DNA of 64,000 nt from contig JAYWIR010000001.1 in assembly GCA_036172245.1 (NCBI GenBank), forward strand, positions 3,534,001-3,598,000. Direction: 5' to 3'. Shown in pieces: positions 54,299 through 64,000 of this stretch. Made by a program: the position numbers and the translations under genes. Numbering within the stretch: position 1 is the first letter of the stretch; each line of letters starts with the position of its first letter. The DNA comes from Raillietiella orientalis (lineage: Eukaryota). The notes under the pieces are model-generated. The model saw nothing but the letters and a program-made list of their open reading frames with translations. It searched no databases and had not been told where the DNA came from.

Positions 54299-55060
54299 TG
54301 GAAAACTTTCTTCACATCAGACTTGCAGGATCGCATTGGAGTATTTGCCACCACCATCAAGATCTGTGCCGACGCAGGAGAAATCGCGGAGAAATTCTTT
54401 CCAGGAGAAATCGCTCCCAAACCCTTCTGAGCGCACCGTTGTGATCCTCCTACTCACCTTAACCTGAGGAACCTGCCGTCCTCCGGAATGTGTTTGGAAG
54501 GCAGGAACGGCTCTGTACCAGCGGTTGGTAGCAGACGCGACTCTTGAGTACCATCCATCTTCAGGGCCGGTTGCTTCGGCAGGTGAGTCGTTGCCGACAC
54601 TCCTTAGCGACTTCAACGGCCACCGTCCTGCTGTAGCAACCAACACCTTTCATGGGATCTGATGAGGGTCGCATCGGGCAACGTAACCCAACGTTTGGTT
54701 TACCCTACAGCGCCAGTTCTGCTCACCAGAACTAGCCCACTGGGCGCTCTTGGATCCGAGAGTCCCAGCTTCAACTTTCAAGCAAGCCGGACTTCTCATC
54801 CATTTCAAGTTTGAGAATAGGTTGAGTTCATTTCGGTCCCAAGGTCTCCAATTATTTGCTTTACCGGATGAGATTCCGTTCTTTCTCCGCTTCAGCGAGC
54901 GCCAGCTATCCTAAGGGAAACTTCGGAGGGAACAAGCGGCTACCAGATGGTTCAATTTGTCTTTCACCCCTATACCCAGCTCTAGCGACCAATTTGCACA
55001 TTGGGATGGATGTGGACTTCCACTAGAGCTTCCTCCTCTGGCTTCGTCCTGGCCAAGCAC
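54299..55060 (-). pseudogene. 28S: Degenerate 28S (LSU) rRNA gene fragment
   Basis: The plus strand matches the reverse complement of conserved eukaryotic LSU segments: caagatctg, ccatccatcttcaggg..ttcggcaggtgag, ggccaccgtcctgctgt, cagcgccagttctgct, cgccagctatcctaagggaaacttcggagggaac, tctttcacccctataccc. Many substitutions and deletions fall in normally invariant positions. Confidence 0.92.
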
Positions 55061-56089
55061 TCGTCCTCCATCTTTGCAACGCTGGAAACTCTGTAATCAG
55101 ATGAGAACTACTCACCTAGCAAAAGAAGAATCCTTTTAACTCAAGAAATAGAATGATTGCTCATTGCGTACCGACGAGCCTTCCTGTCTCACAAATTGCA
55201 GCTGAGCATCATCACCATGCAGTTCATTCTATTCCTTCTTTCCCCTTTCTCTGCCTGTTGGAAATTTCATGCTAGTTGTTCTCATCTTATTCGAGATTGT
55301 TTTGGAATCTGGTCGAGTTAGGGTAAATGATTCATCACAGGTATCAGATACTGGAAACTGACCTTTGAGTGGTTTCCATATTTCTCATGAATTTATTGTC
55401 TTTAAACAGTCCTAGGTCGGGACGACCAACATCCCAACTTCTATTTCATTACATGCTGCAAGAAACCGTCTTTATTCCTTCCTGGTTTGAAATCTCCGGA
55501 AGTGAGCATCATTCTTGTAATAGCTAGCTCTCATGGAGGTCTTCAGATCCGATTTTTCAAGATTCTCCGAGTTCAGTATTCCCGACTCCTCATCTGCATT
55601 TCCGAGAAGGGATCAATCCTGGCTTCAGTACGAGCGAGGTCTGTTACGCTTGTGTCCTCGGCTGAAGATGATTCACTCCAGGATACATCTGTACGCAGCA
55701 CTTAATGCATGCGTATCCTTTGATCCATGCCAAAGAAAAGGAAGTATAGTCTTTGTAGATTATTGTTCGAATGCATCGAGGTTCCCTTGGTTTTTGTGGG
55801 AGGCGCGTTTCCTAAAGATACGGAGTTACATTAAAAAAAAAGTGCAAGGGAGGAAGGTTTTCCACTGCTTCTAACATTTATTGGATCTACCAGCGCAATC
55901 CCTGTTTACAACCGCTCATACTGAGATCTTCATTTGAATTAAACAGACACGCAAATAAGGAAATATTCTGTTCATTAAATGAGAGGAGCCCCAGCATCCC
56001 GGTGAGCAGTGGCAAAGGCAGGCGAAGTGAGAAGCGAAACAGGAGGAAGAGGCAACGAATAAACCAATAAAGAAGACATGGTAAAGATT

Positions 56090-57185
56090 AGGGACCACCA
56101 GTTGATAGTGCTTCTGGCACCGGGGTCAGGTTGGGGCGGCGGGGAAGGAAAGCGAAAGCCACCGGTTGCCCTTGGAGCTTCTTCTCAGAGCTGCCTGCAG
56201 CGATGCGGACCGCCTCCTCTTCTATTTCTTGATGGGGGTGAGGCCGTCTTGACACCCTCGTTGTCAAAGGGAGGTCAAGGTGTTCAGACGTGCTTCGGTG
56301 TCTCCTCTGAGCGAATGCAGCGCACGACTGATAGCCGTTGAAGAACGCTCTCCAAAGATGCCGACAGGAGTCTTCCGGGCTCAAGAGGGCAGCCTCCAGT
56401 CGCTGCCATCCGCTGAGGAGGAACTATCAGCCCAGGAAGAGGTGCGGGAGAGATTCGTTTGTCTCGCTAGTGGCACATAGGTGTCCCTTGTCGTCCAGTG
56501 GCGCTGAGGTTTATCTCACGGAAAACCCTTGTGCGGGAGGAATGTTACCGCGTGCTGCCAGCTAAGTTTATGTCACTGGACCGTCGAAGAGGATCATGGG
56601 GAGCCCCGGTTCATCTAGGGAGATGTCCAGTTTGTCTCCCGACCCGTTCGATTCTCGAGTGGGAACGCAAGGTGTCGCTTCGCTGAAGAGAACAACCACT
56701 TCCGTAAGACAGGAAAGCTTTTACCTAGCCAGTTGGACACTGTTATTATGTTCTCGTAGGGAAAGGAAGCGATGAGTCTAGGGGGTCACGGTGGCTCCTG
56801 TTAACTTCTTGGGATCATGTCGTGCCTAATCCAGGGGTGCTGTTCCGAGACTTTGGAAGGGACGGAGCAGTTCGGAACTGGTTTGAGGAACCCGTACCCA
56901 AGTAGCCACAACCTCTTGTCGCCACACGTAGCCATTCAGAGGCAATCAAGATGTCCATGGCTGGATATTTTCGCAGCGGAGAGTCCAATTCCTGCAATCT
57001 GTCGCGGTTTCGGGGAGGAGGAGGAAGGCGGGGAAGAGGTGCTGTTCCCTCGCCGCGGTTGCTCGCTGGAGAACGTTGCGTGTGAGGAGGCACCAGAGTT
57101 GGTTCTACTGATGGACTATCCGCGGCACCTTTTGGAAGTGGACCTGGACTTCCCGTCTTTCGAATGTCAACACTTCTCATCATGA
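56090..57185 (+). mobile_element. Decayed L1/Tx1-like ORF2 3' half
   Basis: FLDGG..LTPSLSKGGQGV (FLW.G...P...GGLG-like), followed by ICRGFGEEEE (decayed zinc finger). Confidence 0.45.
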
Positions 57186-57999
57186 CCAGGGACCAACGAG
57201 TCTCTGAGACTCAACTGGGACCTTATTGTGCCCCATGGTGCTTCTCGGGGAGCCGTTCTGTTTTTTTCACCTCACCTCTTTGCTGCAAGAGTCCTGGTCT
57301 GAGATAAGGAGTCAAAACTGGAGACTGCACTTCATTGAGCTGGAGGGTATTTGGGTGAGTAGGTTCACCTTTGCTGTTTGGAGGCTGTCTTCAGAGCACC
57401 AGGGTTTTCGGCCTCCGACCAAGCCTGTCTGCTTGAGTTTCTGAGTTGCGCAGCTATGAAGGTTCATGGTGTTCCTTCGATGGCTTCGTAGACCAGCTCT
57501 GAGAGATGTTCTTGAAAGGTGCTTTTTGTTTTCTTCCTTTCCTAAAATTATTGGTTTTAATTTTCAATTGCATTGCTCCACCACCGGTGTGTTTGGGGAA
57601 AACTTTTAGGAAAAGTCCAAGTGGGTGCGCTCAGCAGATGTGTCAGAATTTTGACTCCATCACTTTGCTAAGGCGGTCTGCGCACATTCTGTGAATTTCC
57701 ATTTTGCTCTTGGAATCCCAGCATTCAATGACTGGTGTACTGGAAGCAAAAGACAGAGCGCGTGGTACTCGTGTTTTTTATCTTCTCCTGGTTCCTGAAT
57801 GCTGATGTTGTGCTTTGGACAGCGCAGTATCTTGTAGTACTATGAGAGTAAGTGGTCATTTTCATAGTATGAAGACGGCAATCGTCTCCAAGTGCGTGCA
57901 TGTGGAATCTCAACCCTGATGAAGAGGTCGAGTAGGAACGAACTTCGCCAGGTGTCTTTCATTGAGGTGCTGGCTTGGCAACTAGTTCCACCTCGGAAG

Positions 58000-59850
58000 A
58001 GGAAGGGAAACCCCAAATGAACCAATGCAAAAGAATACACAACTTTTTATTTAGTAGGCGAAGAAGGGCATGTGTAATCTCCTGGCTTCCTCTGCATCGT
58101 GTGCAGAATGCTGGCAAGTTCTACCTTCAGATCCAGCAGATAGAACCATACCGCTGCTTTCCTCTAGAAGGTAGTCATCGTGAGGATGGCATTCCCGTCG
58201 CTTTGTGTCTTCCAGCTTCTCTTGGCGCCAGCTTCCGAGAGAATACCACTGCGGAGGCAGCGAAGCATAAACGCTGCGTCAGAAGGCATGCTACTTCTTC
58301 AGGAAAAGTGTGGAGGTGTCAGTGGACACCTCAGAGACCTCAAAGACTCTTATATGGATTTTAAGAAACTCCTCTCGGTGGAGCAGTCCTTTAGCAGGGT
58401 CAATTGCCCTCGAGGCGCTCAGCAAGTTGCTGCGCTGATCAATCACCAAGGTAATAGTGCCGGTAATGTCACGGATTTGATTGCAGAAGTCCCTACCACT
58501 TTGAAGCCAGGCTACTATTACCACTATCTTCATCTCTTCCACGTGCGGGAAGGATTCCACTTTTCAATTGGGGCAGGCATCCTCTCGTATCTGCGAATTC
58601 CTAAGCGTTGCATGAATCAGAACTTGCCGCTTTGGAATGCATTCTCTGGTTCTCTGAAGAGAATCGCAAGGTACACCTGCGTAGGAACAGGGTGTCTTTG
58701 TAAGAACGCAATGTTGTGGGTTTTTAACAAAAGTCCCGTTGAAAATCTCGAAACGGAAAAAGTCCATCACGCACTGTACACGAAGTTCCGTACAGTTCCT
58801 ACGCGTGCCTTTAAACTTGCAGCTCTATCAAAAATCAACACTCTGCGCAAAGGTGGAGGAGGCCTTTATGCACTCGGAAGTTACTGAAGATAAGTTGTAT
58901 CTTGAAAAGGCCCGGATTCACCTCTATGCTTCTTGTCCATTTTGGCTTCACGTCGCTGTCTTTTGCCTGGGAACATTTGGGATAACCTTTTCCGGGAGGG
59001 AAGTTTTCCTTGAGCTTTCCATCGTTTGCTTAGCGGCAGGCTCAACAAGAAGGACAGTTCGTCCTGGGAATCTTCTTGGATTGCTTTTGGTTTCAGGAAA
59101 GGCGTCCCTCTGTTTCCGACTTCCAGCCACCGCAAGGCGAGCTCAGATAGCCTTGAGATTCCAGGGGGATGAAAACGCTTTCCTGTACCTCTTGAAAGAA
59201 ACTCTTCTTCCGGAATTCACTCTTTTGAGCATGTGTCTTCTCTTCCATCTAGCGTAGAAAAAAAAAAAAAAAACTCATGCTGTTTTCGGATTCTTGATCC
59301 AGGTCGACTTGGTCTCACAGCAGCCTTGAGATTTTCCCTGCTTCATTCGTGGGACGTTAATCTCAACGAAATGGACAAACAGATGGTTATTCTTCACTGT
59401 TCTTCCGTTCTGAGGATCACATTTTCCTTGAGGGCTCAATGTTCTGGTAAATCCTGAAGCAGGAGGCGAGCGCTCTGAGACGCAAGGCAAAAAGGCTCCC
59501 CATATTGAATGGGAGGAGTGGAATTTTATCCATGCCTTTGGGAGCTGCATTTCGGCACTCATCACGCAAGACCGAACTTTGTGATCGATGGTTTCACCAC
59601 AGAGATGGCTGCTAGTCAAGAGTGCATGTACAGCAATCCTCACACTCTAGAGGAATGGGACTTTTCCCTCTTCTCCGATGCTGTTCTTGAGAAGGGGTCG
59701 ATTAGAACTGCATCGGTCCATGCTGCTGCTGATCAGGGAGAAGGCTCGATATTCGGGATTCCTGCTTATGGCTTTTCCGTTCACGTTTTTATAAAGAAAT
59801 TGCGTGGTCTTTAGCCAATGCAAGGAATCATCTGCATGTTTTAGCTGCAA
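58000..59850 (+). mobile_element. Decayed DIRS1-like element (RT, RNaseH, methyltransferase-like domain)
   Basis: DLKDSY, a frameshifted LP/FGM, VNLNEM, LRAQCSGK and VIDGFTT...YS (P.IDLFA...N....Y.S-like) in DIRS order. Confidence 0.5.
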
Positions 59851-61189
59851 AGGTCATTCGAGTGGCTCATCTGGAAGGGACCGTAACTTTCGGTCCCTTC
59901 CAGATGAGCCACTCGCTGTTGTTTTACAATTACCAGCTGAAATGCAAACGGAGTTCTTCATTATGTGATCTGTTCTTTCGCGAGAAGTTCGCCAATGACG
60001 GCCCCTCCAAAAGTGGGTCTTCACAAAGCCAACTGCGAGCGAAAACCGAAGTTCGGAAGGCAATCAGGGCAATCTTTAATGAAGGAAATTCGAGACCGGA
60101 CCCTTCTGTCTTTTGTCTCGAGTCGGTTCCACAGATGTGAGCTGCACCACAGTTTTCAGACGCGGAGGACGCCAGTGACTGAAGTTTAAATTCTCCATAG
60201 CGAGTTTCTTCATTCTTTTCCAGTTCATACGTATGTCATACAATTTGCCGGTCCACCCGCTAGGTGCGTTGTATTCCTCCAGTTGTTCCAGCGTAGAGAT
60301 GGGCTCCAAGGAAAATGAACGGAGCAGATGTAAAAACAATTTTCTTCTTTCTTTAAAGGAACAATCACGTAAAACACGCAGCAAAACAGTTGCGGAGAAG
60401 AGACAAAAACACAAACAAAACAAAGGATCGAAAGGACCTTTTTGCATAATTGGATGGTTTTTCTAGATCTGTTTCACTTTTTTTATTTTCAGTTTGTTTT
60501 TCCCAAGTAGACGGAGCATATTTTTTTATTACTGCAAAAACATTTAATGGAAAATAAAAAAGCGATTCGAATTTGCTGGATATGTTCATGGCTTTCATCA
60601 TCCTTCGAGAAAAAAAAAAAAAAAATAGCAAAAGCGCTGTAAAATAATCATTTTCAATGATTGCCATTGTATCTGATCAGAAATGCAACTTGATGGGATT
60701 CCCGCGTTTGCCTCGCTTGTGCAGGTCGGTCCACATCGGACCAGGATTGTGCATCCTCCATGGGGAGTTGTGAGGATTTCCACATGCAAGCATACTCCCA
60801 TTTTGACACTGCACAGTGGTCGTTTCGGGGAAAGTCTGCTCACATCAGCCATAGTTCAAAGCAGAGCGCACATTTTGAAGACATGCCGTCGTTTCGTGAG
60901 AGAAGATTTTTCCGTGGAAGCACATATCTTATGACGTCCTGTTAGTGGAACTGAGTTGCGTCCTCCTCGGCTTGCAAATTAATTACCTCTAGCTAAGAAT
61001 ATGAAGGAGCTGCACACCGAGGATTTACCGAGTTTACCGAGAGAGAGGAGGTTTTACCGAGAATAGAGTGGGAAACTGTTCTATTCTGCAGCACCATCTC
61101 CATTTCATCTAATACTCCAAACCTATTTTCGAATTCTTCTTCGGGCTTCTAACGTCCATTCCCATATTTCACACTCGGCATCGGATTCG

Positions 61190-61860
61190 TTGATTACAGT
61201 ACGGTGAAATGTGTTATGTCACTTTTAGGGAGATGGTCTTTCCAAAAGTAAAGTTTCGTTTGGGAACCGCTGATATTGCAGTGGGACAAGTCTATTAACG
61301 GTATCGGACTCTGAAGTTGAATACCCAGTTCTGTTAAAATGGCAGTGATATCCACAAGAAATGCTACATCAAATAGCCAATAATTCTTTTCGATCTCAGG
61401 GGCTGGATTACCTAACATATCCATAAACAACTTTATCTCTTCTTGAGTTCTCAGAAACCTTGAGGCTTTTTTTTTTTTTTGCCTCTAGCGAGCCGTTCAA
61501 CGTAAGAATAACGTAAAAGATGCCTGAATTCTGTCTCTAATTCGTATGAAGACTGCCTAAATTAACGACAGTGAGGAACAGCAGTTCTAATTAACTTCAC
61601 ACATTTGCTTTCTACAGACATTACTGGTTAAGCGCTCTTCATGTACGAAACAGTCGCAGAACACTGAGCTTTAAGCAACTGAATCTCAGTTTCTTTTTGA
61701 GTGTCGCTACAAAACCAATTCCCTTCCCCCCCCCAACCCATATTGACAAAGCTCAATCTGTAGTTACGCCCAGAAGTTTTGTATATGGCAAGTTAATTCC
61801 AAGTGATTTTAGTTCCGCTTCCAAAAATCAGTATTTCCGGTGGTAGCACCTTGAATTGGG
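61190..61860 (-). pseudogene. hAT transposase remnant (GTF2IRD2/SPIN/Charlie-like)
   Basis: PEI...WLFDVAFLVDITAILTELGIQLQ...KLYFW...HFTVL, with upstream CFVHEE (CxxH motif). Confidence 0.85.
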
Positions 61861-62199
61861 ACTAATTGTGCGAATCTTCAAAACCACTGCCTCCCTTGCG
61901 CACTGTTCCACTGGCAATCGTCAGCCATCTCACCCTGCGCCAAAGAGAAAGAGAGAGAGAAAGGAAATTTTCGCCTTCCTGAGATGCAGGGTTGATTAAA
62001 TTAGCTTCCATCTCTTTCGTTCTCCTGGATGAAGTTTTTCCGGGGAGGAGAATGTTTTTCGGGCAGCTTGGCCTCCTCCGAGCGTAAGATCTGAACTTTG
62101 GCGGCGAGGCATTCCTCAAACAAACTCTCCTTCCCAGTGTGATTTAAGAAGCTCGGGAATCATCTCTCCAGTTGAGCAGCTCGCACATACAATATTGAG

Positions 62200-62500
62200 A
62201 TTTTCACCCGAGGTTCTTTTCATTAACTACTGTTGTGTTTGCAGAGTTTGCTTCAAGTCACACACTTTGATGATCAGGTCTCGCGGATAACATTTGGGCC
62301 TCTGCACTCTGTGGTAAAATACCTCCACATCACATCTTGCAGCTGCAACAGATCCACAGCAAAGCAAGCATATCCTCACTGTTTCTACGAAGGAAAGTTC
62401 TAAAGTCCAAGGAGAATTGAACTGCCTGCCAAACAAATTTCTCTTCTTATTGCTAATGTGTGACGTTTTGGAAGGACACTATATACACGGAATGAAGATG
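62200..62500 (-). pseudogene. Possible BEL/Pao gag zinc-knuckle remnant
   Basis: FNS....LSFVETVRICLLC.....AARC resembles F...ER..FVK...LCFNCL...H....C. Confidence 0.3.
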
Positions 62501-62944
62501 TGTTGGAAGGCCAGAAGTGAAAAAGGTTCACTATGCGAATTCAAGTGCAGTTCTTATAGGTGGATTTTTGGGAGCTTGGAAGGTGGCGATTAGATGCTGT
62601 TCAGCTCTCGACTCTCCAAAACCCATATCCTCAGCAATGACAGATCCTTTTGTAGGACCGAAAATCAATGATGATGAGTTTTCGTGTTTACTTTTGATTT
62701 GTGGGGTGGCGTATTTATATCAGCGAGCTGTCCTTATAGTGAAGAGTCAACTTATGAATAGGTACTCTTGATGAACATCCCCCAAATATTCATCTTCTTT
62801 CTGGCGACCTCAAACTTGTCTGGGTTCCCCTTTCGAGCAAAGTTTTCTTTTTTTTTTTTTAAGATGTCCGTCCAGGATGCCGGCCTTGATGGAACCACAT
62901 CTGCAAACCCTCCGCTCCACACGTTGTCTGGAGAAAGCAAAATG

Positions 62945-63844
62945 CAAGGAGCATTTCAAAAGTAGGATCCGATCGGAAAGAAAGGACAACAAATAGGAGA
63001 AACCGAAATGTATTGGTGCTTCGTACACCCCCATGTCTCTTTTCGGCGTAGCCGCCATTCCTTTCCGAACACTTTTGATACAGTAGAAGAAGCTTTTCGA
63101 GACCCTCTGCATAAAACTCCGCCTCCTAAGAGTTCAGCCAGTTCAGCACTGCCGTTTTCCACTGCTCACTTTCCTCGAATCGTTGAAACACTCTGGAGAT
63201 GCAGGAAGAGGTGATAGTCACCGAGCGCGAGGTCAGGACTATAAGGTGGGTGATCGGAAAGTTCCCATTGGAATTTCCGAATTCTCTGGAGTGTGCGGAC
63301 AGCGTGTGTTGCCAAGGCGCGCGTTGTCGTGGAGGACACCCACCATTCCTGATGTCAGCATTCCACGTCGTCGGTTCTGAACGGCCCGCCGCAGTCTTGA
63401 AAGCGTTTCGCGGAAGACTTGCGAAGTGATGGTTGCTGTTGAATTCTACCAAAAGCACAGCCTTTTTGTCCCACACACTGCTGGCCGCGCACGCTACGGA
63501 CGATTCGGAAATTCCAGTGGGAACTTTCTGATCCTCCACCCATCTTACAGTGCAGACCTCGTCTCGCTGCACCTCAAGAAGTGGCTCGACGATTCGAGGG
63601 GGAAGGATTCAAGGGGTTGCAAACTGCAGTGCTGCTGAACTGGCTGAACTCTTAGGAGGCGGAGTTTTATGCAGAGGGTCTCGAAAAGCTTCTTCTACTG
63701 TATCAAAAGTGTTTGGAAAGGAATGGTGGCTACGCAGAAAAGAGACATGGGGATGCATGTGTTTAGCGCCACCAATACATTTTGGTTTCTCTTATTTGTT
63801 CTTTCTTCCTATCTGATCGACCCTTGCGTTTGAAATGCGCGTCG
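62945..63844 (-). mobile_element. Mariner-derived non-autonomous fold-back element, copy 2
   Basis: Near-identical to 44111-45009 (the central ORF translations are identical), same orientation, different flanks. TA at the right end and TG at the left. Confidence 0.92.
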
Positions 63845-64000
63845 TAGTAACACTTTTTGTAGATATTTATTAATAGCGCTAATCACGCATATGAACAATA
63901 AGCCAGGTTTTGATATTATGTAATCGATTCTTCAAACAAATGAATAAAAGCTGATGGCGTTGCTTTCCACAATGAAAGGTGTAGCAGTTTTCGACTCGAT

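Noticed and set aside
1..64000. CRISPR array or prokaryotic operon/defence system
   Set aside because: No regularly spaced direct repeats and no dense long ORFs; the content is eukaryotic TE debris.

Overview
This window looks like eukaryotic, probably invertebrate, repeat-rich DNA. I found no intact protein-coding gene, operon or CRISPR array, and almost all ORF-track entries are spurious or pieces of decayed transposon reading frames. It is a mosaic of fragments on both strands: Ty3/Gypsy and BEL/Pao LTR retrotransposons, DIRS-type tyrosine-recombinase elements, L1/Tx1-like LINEs, an RLE-type (Utopia/NeSL/R2-like) non-LTR element, a hAT transposase remnant, a Ginger2-like non-autonomous element with TIRs, and a degenerate 28S rRNA fragment. 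Two structures stand out. The first is a pair of nearly identical ~900-bp mariner-derived fold-back elements (44111-45009, 62945-63844), each made of two inverted transposase 3' ends and showing signs of arm-to-arm sequence homogenisation. The second is three diverged copies of an unclassified ~550-800-bp GC-rich non-coding repeat (24921-25718, 32958-33664, 42153-42685) with several tRNA-like Pol III A/B-box modules and a body of hairpin-forming subrepeats. Family assignments rest on degenerate motifs read by eye, so boundaries are approximate. I cannot claim a confirmed novel system; the composite tRNA-headed repeat is the best candidate.
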